From an uncultured Chloroflexia bacterium (GTDB taxonomy: Bacteria; Chloroflexota; Anaerolineae; Anaerolineales; E44-bin32), in NCBI GenBank assembly GCA_963789825.1, contig CAWBME010000007.1, forward strand, positions 175,806 through 239,805: DNA of 64,000 nt, read 5' to 3'. Shown here in pieces: positions 18,980 through 29,417 of this stretch. Each line of letters opens with the position of its first letter. Position 1 is the first letter of the stretch. A program made the position numbers and the translations under genes. The notes beneath the pieces are model-generated. The model saw only the letters and a program-made list of their open reading frames with translations. It ran no database searches and had not been told where the DNA came from.

Positions 18980-19885
18980 TTAGTGACCGGCCGAAGCGGT
19001 GGACGCAACTTGGGTGGCCGCCAGCGCCTCGTACACTCCGAGCACCGCCGAGTTGTCGAGCTCGCGCATCCCCATCTGCAGCATGGCTTCGTACAGTTGC
19101 AGGTTGAGCCCGCTCATCGGCAGCGAGGCGCCGTAGGTGCGCGCCGTCTCCAGGATGATCGCCAGGTCCTTGTGCATCATGTGCGCCTTGAATCCCGGCT
19201 GGCGGTTTCCGGCAAACAGCCGCGGCGCCTTGACATCCAGCGTCCAGCACTGTGCGGCACCGCCGCGGATCGCCTCGACCACGCGCTGCGGATCGACGCC
19301 TGCCTTCTGCGCCAGCACCAGCAGTTCCGCCATGGCCACCATCTGGGCGGCCGCCATGATCTGGTTGCACGCCTTGGCCACCTGGCCGGCGCCGCTGTCG
19401 CCCACGCGGGTGATCGTCCGGCCCATCGCCTGGAAGAGCGGGAGCACCTGGTCGAAGGCCGCCGGCGGACCTCCAACCATGATCGCCAGCGTCGCCTCGC
19501 GCGCCCCGATGTCTCCTCCCGAGACCGGTGCGTCCAGCGCCGGGACACCGACCTTCTCCAGCTCGGCCGCGATCCGGCGTGAGGCTTCGGGCTTGATCGT
19601 GCTGTTGTCGACGTAGATCAGACCGGGGTGAGCCCCTTCGAGCACGCCGCCCGCGCCCAACACCACCTGCTCCACATCCGGCGAGTCGGGAAGGTTGGTG
19701 AAGACCACCTCGCTGCGCCGGGCGACTTCCGCCGGCGAGGCCGCCGATTGCGCTCCCTCGGCTACCAGCTCCATGACCGCCGCCGCGCTGCGGTTGTGCA
19801 CAGTCAGTGGATTGCCCGCCCGCAACAAGTTGCGGGCGATCGACTTCCCCATCAGCCCCAACCCGATGTATCCGACACGCTGCAT
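18980..19885 (-). CDS. NAD(P)-dependent 3-hydroxyacid dehydrogenase (2-hydroxy-3-oxopropionate reductase / 3-hydroxyisobutyrate dehydrogenase family)
   Basis: MQRVGYIGLGLMGKSIARNLL...VDNSTI...LDAPVSGG...GSGQ-like GAGQVAKACNQ. GGAGG lies upstream of the ATG at 19885. Confidence 0.8.
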   Translation of the reverse strand: MQRVGYIGLGLMGKSIARNLLRAGNPLTVHNRSAAAVMELVAEGAQSAASPAEVARRSEVVFTNLPDSPDVEQVVLGAGGVLEGAHPGLIYVDNSTIKPEASRRIAAELEKVGVPALDAPVSGGDIGAREATLAIMVGGPPAAFDQVLPLFQAMGRTITRVGDSGAGQVAKACNQIMAAAQMVAMAELLVLAQKAGVDPQRVVEAIRGGAAQCWTLDVKAPRLFAGNRQPGFKAHMMHKDLAIILETARTYGASLPMSGLNLQLYEAMLQMGMRELDNSAVLGVYEALAATQVASTASAGH

Positions 19886-20027
19886 GGACCGCCTCCGACA
19901 AAGGACGATTGGATCTCGCCTGCGATTGTACCGTCCCGGTGGTCCGGCACATGCCCCAGCGCCTGCGCACCCTAGAGTCCGTCGAGTGCGGTCCGAAGCC
20001 TCTGCGCTTACAATCACCGGGCGGCCT

Positions 20028-20846
20028 GTGTCCAGTGGAGATTCGGACTTGACAACCATCCTGGCGATCATGCCCCATCCCGACGACGCCGAGTTCTTTG
20101 CCGGGGGGACGTTGGCGCTGCGCGCCGATCAGGGGGATCGGGTCATCCTGGCAGTCGCCACCGATGGAGCGCTGGGATCATTCTCGATCCCCGCCCGGGA
20201 ATTAGCGGCGCAGCGCATGGGCGAGGCCGAACGGGCGGCCTCCCTTCTGGGGATTGGCCTCGTCGAGTGGCTCGGGCATCCTGACGGCGGGTTGGACAGC
20301 TTGCCGCCCGGTCAGCTGCGGCTGGAGATCGTGCGCTGCATCCGCAGCCACCGGCCGGATGAGGTCATCAGCCTCGATCCGCAGGATGCGAGCGAGGCGC
20401 ATCCCGATCACCGGGCGCTGGCGCGGGCGGTGGTTGAGGCGCTGCTGTTCTCCCACCTGCCGCTGTTCGATCCCGGAAGTGGCAGCCAGCACATACCCCA
20501 CTGGGTGGCCGAGAAGTACTTCGCCGCAACCTCCTCGCACGGCGCCAATCGCTTCGTTGACATCGGCCTGACACTGGAACGGAAGCTGCAGGCCTTGCTC
20601 GAGCATCGAAGCCAGGTGGATTTCCTCGTGGAGGACGTTGCCCGTCAGGCGGCGCGTGCCGGGGTTGACCTGTCGTCACTGCTCGGCACGGCGGCCGCCT
20701 CTCCCCATCAGATGTTGGCGGCGGCCGTCCGCCTTCAGGCGGCGCAGGTGGGCGCGGCCGCCGGCATCGCCTTCGCCGAGGCCTTCCGCTACGCCCGTTT
20801 CCATCCATTCGTCGAGCAACTCCTCCCCGACGAGGGCGGAGCGTAG
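20028..20846 (+). CDS. PIG-L/LmbE-family deacetylase
   Basis: ILAIMPHPDDAEFFAGGTLA carries the PHPDD motif; later HPDH (EAHPDHRALA). The start could be the GTG at 20028 or the ATG at 20070. Confidence 0.75.
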   Translation: MSSGDSDLTTILAIMPHPDDAEFFAGGTLALRADQGDRVILAVATDGALGSFSIPARELAAQRMGEAERAASLLGIGLVEWLGHPDGGLDSLPPGQLRLEIVRCIRSHRPDEVISLDPQDASEAHPDHRALARAVVEALLFSHLPLFDPGSGSQHIPHWVAEKYFAATSSHGANRFVDIGLTLERKLQALLEHRSQVDFLVEDVARQAARAGVDLSSLLGTAAASPHQMLAAAVRLQAAQVGAAAGIAFAEAFRYARFHPFVEQLLPDEGGA

Positions 20847-20880
20847 CGTTGTGGCGCAGGTCCGCCAGCGCAGGACAGGA

Positions 20881-22252
20881 ATGAAGATCGCCGTCCTCGG
20901 CGGTGGCGGCGTTCGCACGCCTTTGATCCTGCAGGCAATGGCGGCGCGTCAGTCGGAGCTGGGCCTGACGGAAGTAGCCTTGATGGATGTCGACCGCGCC
21001 AATCTGGATCGCGTGCTGGCGGTGGTGCACGCCATGACCCACCAGGAACCTCTGCCCTTTGAGCTGCACGCCTACTCGGAAGCCGCCCCTGCGCTGCGCG
21101 CCTCCGACTTCGTGGTCACCACTTTCCGCGTGGGCAACATGCAGGCCCGCGTCCTGGATGAGACCATCCCCCTGGCCCACGGCTTCCTCGGGCAGGAAAC
21201 CACCGGCCCCGGCGGGATGGCGATGGCGCTGCGCAGCATCCCCGTGCTGCTGAAGTACATCGAAGTGATGCGCACAGAGTGCCCGCACGCCTGGCTGATC
21301 AACTTCGCCAATCCCTCGGGCCTGCTGGCCCAGGCCGCGCTCGACCTGGGAGCATGGCCCAGAACCGTCGGCATCTGCGACGCCCCCCACGGCATGCAGC
21401 ACGTCGCCGCTGAGCTGCTGAACGCCCCGATGGATGAAGTGCGGTTGGACTACTTCGGCCTGAATCACCTCGGCTGGGTCCGGCGAATCCTCCACCAGGG
21501 CACGGATCATTTGCCGCTCTTCCTGCAGACTCTCGCTCAGGCGGGATCCTTTCCCGGACTTCCCTTCGAGCCCGAGCTCCTCACGACGCTGGGGCTGATC
21601 CCGAACGAGTATCTCTACTACTACTACTCGTCGCGCAGGGCTGTCGCCAATCTGCGGGCGGCGCCGGCCACCCGAGGCCAGGCCCTGCTGCAGATGAACC
21701 AAGCCCTTGCCCGAGGATCTCGAGGTCTGCATCCGCTCTGAAGACGAAGCGGGGATCCTCTCGACCTATCAGGCCTACATGCGAGCACGCGGCGCGACCT
21801 ACATGGCGGCGGAGACCAAAGACCGCCACCCGGCGGCGGGACTGCAGCCGGAATGGATCCATGCCTTGGCCACCGAAGGGTATGCGGGGGTCGCGCTCAA
21901 TGTCATCGCCGCGCTGTCCGGCGGGGGCACGCGTCAGGCGATCGTCAATCTGCCGAACGGGACCGCGATCGAGGGCATGTCCTCGACGGACGTGGTTGAG
22001 GTGGCAGCGTCCATCTCTGCGCAGGGCGCCACGCCGCTGGCCATCGGGCCGATTCCGGATCACTGCCTTGGCTTGATGAAGCAGGTCAAGGCCTTCGAGA
22101 AGCTGACTATCGAATCGGTGCGCGACGCCTCGCTGGCGAAGGCCCGTACAGCCCTCGCCCTGCACCCCCTGGTGGCGGATGAGACTGCCGCCAGGATCAT
22201 CCTCGATGAGTACCGGGAGGCACACCGGGAGTACTTCCCGAACCTCGCCTGA
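20881..22252 (+). CDS. glycoside hydrolase family 4 (6-phospho-glucosidase/alpha-glucosidase type; frame disrupted near 21710)
   Basis: MKIAVLGGGGVRTPLIL... (NAD fold) ...LINFANPSG...VGICDAP...GLNHLGW. The C-terminal 180 aa are in a second frame (ORF 21707-22252). Confidence 0.8.
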
Positions 22253-22298
22253 GCGCCGTCCAACCCTGGAGCGGCGAATTCGCCGACCGGAGAGCGGA

Positions 22299-23231
22299 AT
22301 GTACGACGTCGTGGTCGCGGGAGACTACTGTCTGGACTTGATCTTCGCCCGACTGGAGGCCTTCCCTTCGCTCGGGGTGGAGGTGGTCAGTCGATCCTTC
22401 GGCGTGGTGCCCGGCGCCGCCTACAACCCGGTTGTGGCCATGCACCGCCTGGGGCTGCGCGTCGGCTGGGCCGCCGATTTTGGCAACGATGACTTCTCGC
22501 GCCAGGCCCTGGAGTTCGCGCGTGGCGAGGGGCTGGACGAGGCGCTGTTCGTTCACCACAAGCGCCCGCTGCGCAAGATCACGGTGGCGCTGACCTTCCC
22601 CGAAGACCGAGCCTTCGTCGCCTACTACGATCCGAATCCCAAGGTCCCGGCCGCCGTCCGGCAGATGGCCAAGATCCACACACGCCTCGCCTACATACCC
22701 GGGATGTACACCGGCCCGGCCTTCGACTCAGGCCTGCGCTTCCTGCGCGCGCAGTCCGCTCAAATCATGATGGACGGGAATCTATTCAGCGCAAACGACG
22801 CCAACCATACCGACGTGCGCCGCGTGCTGGGTACCCTGGATGCATTCCTCCCCAATCGGCTTGAGGCGCAGATGATGACCGGCGAGAGCGACATGGAAGC
22901 CGCCCTGCGGCGCCTCCAGGCCCTGACCCGGATGCCCATCCTGAAGGCAGGCAGCGACGGCGCCTACGCCATCCAGGATGGCGAGCTGATCCACTGTGAG
23001 GCGCTGACCCTCGAGCCGCTGGACACAACCGGCGCCGGCGACTGCTTTGGCGCCGGGTTCATCAAAGCCTGGCTCGACGACCTCCCGCTGGAAGACTGTC
23101 TGCGTTGGGGCAATATCGCCGGTGGGTTGTCGACTCTGGGACACGGCGGCACAGGTCAAGTGGTCCGCTCCGAAGACGTGCTGCCCCACCTTGGCCGGCT
23201 TGCCTGCAGCCGCCGTAGGCTGTTGCCGTGA
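22299..23231 (+). CDS. PfkB-family carbohydrate kinase
   Basis: MYDVVVAGDYCLDLIF...DTTGAGDCFGAGFI has the PfkB signature 2 (DTxGAGD). Confidence 0.8.
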   Translation: MYDVVVAGDYCLDLIFARLEAFPSLGVEVVSRSFGVVPGAAYNPVVAMHRLGLRVGWAADFGNDDFSRQALEFARGEGLDEALFVHHKRPLRKITVALTFPEDRAFVAYYDPNPKVPAAVRQMAKIHTRLAYIPGMYTGPAFDSGLRFLRAQSAQIMMDGNLFSANDANHTDVRRVLGTLDAFLPNRLEAQMMTGESDMEAALRRLQALTRMPILKAGSDGAYAIQDGELIHCEALTLEPLDTTGAGDCFGAGFIKAWLDDLPLEDCLRWGNIAGGLSTLGHGGTGQVVRSEDVLPHLGRLACSRRRLLP

Positions 23232-23331
23232 TCCAGCCTCGCCGAACGCGTCGCACACCGCCGGGCCCCGGCCCAGGTCAGGGCGACAGCGGCGGCGCTT
23301 GGATGCTTGACCTCCTCAGGCTGGCCGTCCG

Positions 23332-24450
23332 ATGAAGATACGATCCATCGACACGTCCCACGCCCGCGACGTCCGGCGCTTCGTCGCCATGCCGTTCACC
23401 ATCTACCGCGGAAGCCCAACCTGGGTCCCACCGATGGAACGGGACGTGCGTCGTATGCTGGACCGCAGACGACATCCGTTCTACGCCCACTCCGATGCGG
23501 CGTTTCTATTGGCCGAGCAGGATGGGTCCCCCGTCGGGCGCCTTGCAGTGCTCGACAACCGTCACTACAACGAGTTCAACCGCGAGTCCACCGCATTCTT
23601 CTATCTGTTCGAATGCATCAATGACCTCCCCACTGCCGGTGCCCTGTTCGAGCAGGCCTTCGAATGGGCGCATAGCCGGGGGCTCACTCAGGTCTTCGGC
23701 CCGAAAGGCTTCACCGCCCTCGACGGGATGGGGATGCTGGTGCGCGGCTTTGAGCACAGGCCGGCGTTGGGCATCCCCTACAACCTCGATTACTACCCGG
23801 GGCTGCTCGAGGCCCTCGGTTTCGAGCCGGCCGGGGATTCGCTCTCCGGATACTTGAGCCGTGACACCCGCCTACCGGACCGGCTTTTCGAGGGGGCCGA
23901 AATCGTCCGGCGCCGCCGCGGGCTGCGGTTGGCGCGCATCGAATCCCGCTCTGACCTACGGGCATGGGTCCCGCGCCTGCGGGATCTGTACAACCAGTCG
24001 CTGGGCGGCACGTCCGGCAACGTCCCGCTCACCGAGGACGAAGCCCGGACAATGGGCGACCAACTCTTGTGGTTCGCTGACCCGCGGCTGATCAAGATCG
24101 TGCTCAAGGACGATGAGCCAGTCGGGTTCCTGTTCGCCTACCCCGACATCTCGGCGGCACTGCAACGCTGCCGGGGTCGGCTGTTCCCAGTGGGTTGGCT
24201 GGATGCCTTGCTCGAGCTACGCCGCACCCGCTGGATCAACATCAACGGCGCCGGGATGACCGAGAAGTACCGCGGCCTGGGCGGAACGGCGATCCTGTTC
24301 TCCGAGATGGCGCGCAGCGTCCGCCAGGGTCGCTACCAGCATGCCGATGTTGTCCAGATCGGCGCCGAGAACGATCGCATGTTGCGCGAGCTGCGCCAGA
24401 TCGGGATCGATTTCTACAAGACCCACCGCATGTACCGGCGCGCGGTGTAG
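23332..24450 (+). CDS. GNAT-like N-acetyltransferase-family protein (function unknown)
   Basis: 372-aa intact ORF. MKIRSIDTSHARDVRRFVAMPFTIYRGSPTWVPPMERDVRRMLDRRRHPFYAHSDAAFLLAE... is a family pattern I recall as annotated GNAT/hypothetical. Confidence 0.55.
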   Translation: MKIRSIDTSHARDVRRFVAMPFTIYRGSPTWVPPMERDVRRMLDRRRHPFYAHSDAAFLLAEQDGSPVGRLAVLDNRHYNEFNRESTAFFYLFECINDLPTAGALFEQAFEWAHSRGLTQVFGPKGFTALDGMGMLVRGFEHRPALGIPYNLDYYPGLLEALGFEPAGDSLSGYLSRDTRLPDRLFEGAEIVRRRRGLRLARIESRSDLRAWVPRLRDLYNQSLGGTSGNVPLTEDEARTMGDQLLWFADPRLIKIVLKDDEPVGFLFAYPDISAALQRCRGRLFPVGWLDALLELRRTRWININGAGMTEKYRGLGGTAILFSEMARSVRQGRYQHADVVQIGAENDRMLRELRQIGIDFYKTHRMYRRAV

Positions 24451-24535
24451 ACCATCCACTGTGCGCATCTCACCTCCGCATCGCCCATGTGGAGCCCAGG
24501 GCATCCACTTCGATTGTGTTGGGGGCGAGCCGGCA

Positions 24536-25734
24536 CTACACCAGGTCGACAAACACCTGATTGGAGAGTAGCCAGCCGCGCCGAGTTCAGGCGCAACCGA
24601 TCCTCGTTCAGCTCTAGCAACCCCTCAGCCTGCCAACGGCTCACCACCTCCGGGAATGCCTCCTGGGGAGTGAGCCCGAAGCGCGAGCGGAACACCCCAG
24701 CCGGGACACCATCCTCCAGCAGACGGAGGCCCATCAGCAGCGTCTCGCGCATCTCGGTCTCGCGATCGATCGGCAGTCGTGAAGCGGCGGCTGCCGAGAA
24801 CGGGAAGGGCTCGCGGTGCGGGCAGGTGAGGCGCTGGATGTAGGCTTGCGGCGAGAGCACATTGGCGTAACGGAAGCCGGCGGTGGAGCCATGCGCGCCC
24901 GCCCCGAGTCCCAAATAGGGCAGATTGCGCCAGTAGCGCAGGTTGTGGCGGCAGACCCATCCGCGAGCATCCGGGTCGGATGGACTCCCCGGCCGCCGCC
25001 GGGCCCAGTTGGAGATCTCGTAGTGGATGTACCCGGCAGCGTCGAGCGCGTCGCAGGCCGCATCATACATCTCAGCTGCCAGGTCCGGCTCGGGCGCCGG
25101 GAGGATTCCACTGTGCACCCGAGCGGCCAATGGCGTGTCCTCCTCGACGCTCAGCATGTACAGCGAGAGGTGCTCCGGGTGCAAACCGAGCGCGGCCTGC
25201 AGCGAGTTCACGCCAGCTCTCCATCGTCTGGGTCATCACCCCCAGCATCAGGTCCAGGTTGAGATTGTCGAAGCCCGCGGATCTCGCCTCGCGCACCGCA
25301 GCTTCGACCTGGCCGAAGTCGTGGGCCCGTTCCAGCAAGCGCAGGATCGAAGGATCGGCGGACTGCGCCCCAAGCGACAGCCGGTTGATCCCCGCCTCGC
25401 GCAACGCGCCCAGCGCCGCCCGCGTGACCGTGCCGGGGTTCGCCTCCAGCGTGATCTCCGCACCCGTCTCCACGTCGAACGCGCCTCGCAGCGTGCCCAG
25501 GATGCGACGCAGGGACTTGGCAGGAAGCAGCGAGGGTGTACCCCCACCGAAGAAGATGGTGTCAACCCCCCGCGGCTCGCCTTCCGGCCACGCCGCCCCC
25601 ACCATTCTGGCCTCGGCGCACAAGGCCTCGATATAGGAAGGGATCAGGCTTTCCAGTCCGGCGTAGGTGTTGAAGTCGCAATAGGCGCAGCGGTGAGTGC
25701 AGAAGGGAATATGCAGATACACGCCGTGGGTCAC
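24536..25734 (-). CDS. hemW: radical SAM heme chaperone HemW / HemN-like (frames disrupted near 25215 and 24578)
   Basis: YLHIPFCTHRCAYCDFNT is the CxxxCxxC motif. ...GGGTPS...NRLSLGAQS, then LHPEHLSLYMLSVEEDTPLA...RHNLRYW in a second frame. The terminal WLLSNQVFVDLV* is in a third. Confidence 0.8.
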
Positions 25735-25820
25735 AGCGGCATTCTAGCATGCGGCCCGTTGAGGCCTTCGGGCTGCTTGCCGTGCGATGAGGAGCAAGGC
25801 AGAATAGGGTCCATCTCCGC

Positions 25821-26741
25821 ATGCCCTGGGTGCATCGCATGAGCAAATTGACCAGCTTGCAGGCCGCCGTCTCTGATCACGTGCACGATGGAGATTGCGT
25901 GTACGCCGCCGGCTTCACCCACCTGATCCCGTTCGCTGCGGGTCACGAGATCATCCGGCAGGGCAAGCGGGAGCTGACCCTGGCGCGGGCGACGCCCGAC
26001 CTGATCTACGATCAGATGGTGGCCGCCGGCTGCGCCCGCAAGCTGATCTTTTCCTACTCCGGCAATCCAGGTGTGGGGTCGTTGCGCGTTGTTCGGGAGC
26101 AAATCGAGCTGGGGAAGCTGGAATGGGAGGAATACTCCCACTTCTCGATGATCGTGCGCCTGGCGGCTGGCGCGGCCGGCGTGCCCTTTCTCCCGATGAA
26201 CCCGACCGGCGCCGGCGATCTCGAGCGGGTCAACTCGAACTTTCGCCGTCTGCCCAACCCCTACGGCGAGGGCGAGGTGGTGACCGTGCCGGCGCTGCAG
26301 CCGGACGTCGCCATCATCCATGCCCAGCGGGCCGACGCCGATGGCAACTGCCATCTGTGGGGAATCATCGGCGAGCAGAAGGAGGCCGCCTTCGCCTCCA
26401 GCCGAGTGATCCTCACCGCCGAGGAGATCGTCCCGGCCGAGGTGATACGCTCCGATCCGAATCGAACGCTGATCTCCGGGCTGGCCGTCACCGCTGTCTG
26501 TCATGTGCCGTACTGCGCCCATCCCTCCTACACCCAGGGCTACTATGATCGCGACAATCCCTTCTATCTAGAGTGGGATCGCCTAAGCAGCGAGGCGGGC
26601 AAGGTGAAGGCTTGGCTCGACGAATGGGTCTACGGTGTCCCGGACCGGGACCACTACTGGCAGAAACTCGGACCCGAAGCGCACGCTCGGCTGCAGGTGG
26701 CGCCGCGCTGGAGCGAGCCGGTCAACTACGGCCAACATTAG
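25821..26741 (+). CDS. CoA-transferase subunit A (glutaconate CoA-transferase-like)
   Basis: KLTSLQAAVSDHVHDGDCVYAAGF...LIFSYSGNPGVGS...GAAGVPFLP...AIIHAQRADADGN. The start is at 25821 or 25839. Confidence 0.75.
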   Translation: MPWVHRMSKLTSLQAAVSDHVHDGDCVYAAGFTHLIPFAAGHEIIRQGKRELTLARATPDLIYDQMVAAGCARKLIFSYSGNPGVGSLRVVREQIELGKLEWEEYSHFSMIVRLAAGAAGVPFLPMNPTGAGDLERVNSNFRRLPNPYGEGEVVTVPALQPDVAIIHAQRADADGNCHLWGIIGEQKEAAFASSRVILTAEEIVPAEVIRSDPNRTLISGLAVTAVCHVPYCAHPSYTQGYYDRDNPFYLEWDRLSSEAGKVKAWLDEWVYGVPDRDHYWQKLGPEAHARLQVAPRWSEPVNYGQH

Positions 26742-26777
26742 ACCCGGTCCTTCCGCCGGTGACTCCGGCGGCATGAG

Positions 26778-27554
26778 GTGCCTGCAATGGACTACACTGC
26801 CTCCGAGCTGATGACCGTCAACGCCGCCCGCCAGCTGCGCGACCACGACGTGGTGTTCGTCGGTGTCGGCATTCCCAACCTGGCCTGCAACCTCGCCCGG
26901 CGCACCCACGCCCCGGAACTGGTGATGATCTACGAATTGGGCGTGATCGGCGCGCAGCCGGAAAGACTGCCTCTGTCGATCGGCGACCCGTCGTTGGTGT
27001 CCGGTGCGCTGGCGGTGTGCTCGATGTTCGAGATCTTCGCCTACTACCTGCAACGGGGACACGTCTCGGTGGGGTTCATGGGTGGGGCGCAGATCGATCA
27101 GTTCGCCAATGTCAATGCCACCGTGATCGGCGAATACGAGCATCCCAAGGTGCGCCTGCCGGGATCTGGCGGATCGATGGAAATCGCCGCCTTTGCCGAC
27201 CGCTGCTACTTCATCACGCCGCACCAGAAGCGCCGCTTCCCGGCGCGCTGCGATTTCCGCACCTCGGCCGGTTTCCTCGACGGCCGCCCGAGGCGCACCG
27301 CCCTCGGCCTGCGCGGCGGCGGTCCGGCAGCGGTGGTGACCGACCTTGGGATGATGCAGCCCGACGAGAATGGCGAACTGACGCTGACCGCGGTGCATCC
27401 CGGCATCGACCCGGCGCAGGCGCAGGCCAACACCGGTTGGCCGCTCAAGCTTGCCGCTCTGCTGACGACCACCGAGCCGCCCACCGCTCGCGAACTGCAG
27501 ATCCTGCGCGAGCTGGATCCGGCCGGCGTGTACCTGAGCAGCGCCGGCGGGTGA
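26778..27554 (+). CDS. CoA-transferase subunit B
   Basis: YTASELMTVNAARQLRDHDVVFVGVGIPNLA...MIYELGVIG...RLPGSGGSMEIA is the family I CoA-transferase beta-subunit pattern. Confidence 0.75.
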   Translation: MPAMDYTASELMTVNAARQLRDHDVVFVGVGIPNLACNLARRTHAPELVMIYELGVIGAQPERLPLSIGDPSLVSGALAVCSMFEIFAYYLQRGHVSVGFMGGAQIDQFANVNATVIGEYEHPKVRLPGSGGSMEIAAFADRCYFITPHQKRRFPARCDFRTSAGFLDGRPRRTALGLRGGGPAAVVTDLGMMQPDENGELTLTAVHPGIDPAQAQANTGWPLKLAALLTTTEPPTARELQILRELDPAGVYLSSAGG

Positions 27555-27603
27555 CCGGCGACGGGCTCCACGCGCGTGGGCCGTGTGCAGCCTGCGGGAG
27601 ACG

Positions 27604-28959
27604 ATGATGGACTCCGGTATCGAAGATTCCCAGATCCTGCCCCTCAGCCTGGAGCACAACTTCTGGACCTGGTCCGCCCAAGGACGGGTCCAGCCGATCG
27701 CCGTCACGCGCGCCCAGGGCGTGCACTTCTGGGACGCCGACGGCCGGCGCTACCTCGACCTGAACTCGATGGTGATGTGCTGCAACATCGGCCACGGCGA
27801 CCGGCGCGTGATCGACGCCATTGCCCGCCAGGCCAACGAGTTGGTCTTTGCCGGCCCGGGGATGGCCACGCGCCCCCGCGCCGAGCTCGGCCAGCTGCTG
27901 GCGGAGATCACCCCGGGCGACCTCGATCGCTTCCTATTCACGCTGGGTGGGGCCGACGCCAATGAGCACGCCATCAAACTGGCCCGTGGCCACACTGGCC
28001 GGCACAAGATCCTGGCACGCTATCGCTCCTATCATGGCGCCACAGCCGGGGCGATCGCCGCCACCGGTGATCCGCGGCGGGTGGCCTGGGAACCCGGCGT
28101 GATGCCCGGCGTCGTGCACTTCCTCGATCCCTATGCGTACCGCTCAGCTTTTCACCCGCCGGACCGCCCGGCGGATCCCGAGACTGTCGGAGGCGATTTC
28201 CTGCGCCACCTGGAGGAGGTCATCACGCTGGAGGGTCCGGAGACGATCGCCGCGGTGCTGCTGGAGACCGTCACCGGCACGAATGGGGTGATTGTTCCGC
28301 CTCCAGGCTACCTGCAGGGCGTACGCCGGGTGTGCGATCGCCACGGCATCCTGCTGATCTGTGACGAGGTGATGAGCGGGTTCGGCCGCACCGGGAAGTG
28401 GTTCGCCGTGGATCACTGGGACGTCGTCCCCGACCTGATGACGATGGCCAAGGGCCTGACCTCGGGCTACGCGCCGCTCGGGGCGGTGGCGATGCGCCAG
28501 AAGATCGCCGATTCCTTCCGCGACCGGGTGTATCAGGGGGGATTGACCTACAACGCTCACCCGCTATCCATGGCCGCCGCCATCGCCAACATCCGGGTGA
28601 TGCAGGATGATGGGTTGATCGAACGCGCCGAACGGATGGGCAAAGTCTTGGCGAGGCTGCTAAGCGATCTGGGAGAAGTACACCCTTCGGTCGGGGAGGT
28701 CCGCTCGATCGGCTTGTTCGCCGCCATCGAGCTCGTCCGCGACCGCCGCACGCGCGAACCGCTGGCACCGTTCGGCGGGAGCAGCCCTGTGATGGAAGCG
28801 ATCCGCCGCAACCTGCTCCAGAACGGCGTATTCCTCTACACCCACTGGCACACGCTGCTGGTCATTCCTCCGCTGATCATCACCGAAGAGCAGCTCGAAG
28901 AGGGATTCGCCAGAATCGACCAGGCCTTGCGCTTGGCCGACGAAGCCGCTGTCTCGTAG
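27604..28959 (+). CDS. class III (omega) aminotransferase
   Basis: ...NIGHGDRRVIDAIARQANEL...GGADANEHAIKLAR...YHGAT...LICDEVMSGFGRTGKWFA...MAKGLTSGY contains the PLP-Lys region. Confidence 0.85.
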   Translation: MMDSGIEDSQILPLSLEHNFWTWSAQGRVQPIAVTRAQGVHFWDADGRRYLDLNSMVMCCNIGHGDRRVIDAIARQANELVFAGPGMATRPRAELGQLLAEITPGDLDRFLFTLGGADANEHAIKLARGHTGRHKILARYRSYHGATAGAIAATGDPRRVAWEPGVMPGVVHFLDPYAYRSAFHPPDRPADPETVGGDFLRHLEEVITLEGPETIAAVLLETVTGTNGVIVPPPGYLQGVRRVCDRHGILLICDEVMSGFGRTGKWFAVDHWDVVPDLMTMAKGLTSGYAPLGAVAMRQKIADSFRDRVYQGGLTYNAHPLSMAAAIANIRVMQDDGLIERAERMGKVLARLLSDLGEVHPSVGEVRSIGLFAAIELVRDRRTREPLAPFGGSSPVMEAIRRNLLQNGVFLYTHWHTLLVIPPLIITEEQLEEGFARIDQALRLADEAAVS

Positions 28960-29417
28960 CTGCCTGCGAGCGAAACGCACGTGGCGTCAATCGGCTGAAC
29001 CGCCGGCACTCCAGGGGCGGCCTCTCGTTCGGGTCTCGCTGGTCCCGACCCCGGCCGAGCGCACTTCGCTCCGGGATCGCCCTACCCTTCGTTCCGAGAC
29101 GCCGGTCAAGGGACAGACCCGTCCCATCCGTGCCCCAGCTCACATGCGCAGCCGATTCCGCTCAGGTCAGGCGCTCGACGGAGGGATCGCGCCGCTGGTG
29201 GAAGTTGCGGTCATGATTCTGCCGGTGAACGTGGGGTTCTGGTTTCGGCGCCGCTGGTTCGGTGCCCCCTCGGCTGCGGAGCCGCTGGCGTCTTCTGGCT
29301 GACCGTGAATTGAGTCCATTGGCGGAACGGCGGCGGGGCTTGAAGTGTGTCCCTCAAGCCCCGCAGGTTCGTTTGCCTCTCAGCTCCGGGCGGTCGGCGA
29401 CCCGGCGGAGGTCGAGG

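Noticed and set aside
29213-29302. 29-codon ORF (MILPVNVGFWFRRRWFGAPSAAEPLASSG) followed by an 11-bp hairpin at 29333-29364
   Set aside because: It is short, has only a weak GGAAG RBS, and I can assess no conservation. The hairpin could equally belong to the adjacent tRNA locus.
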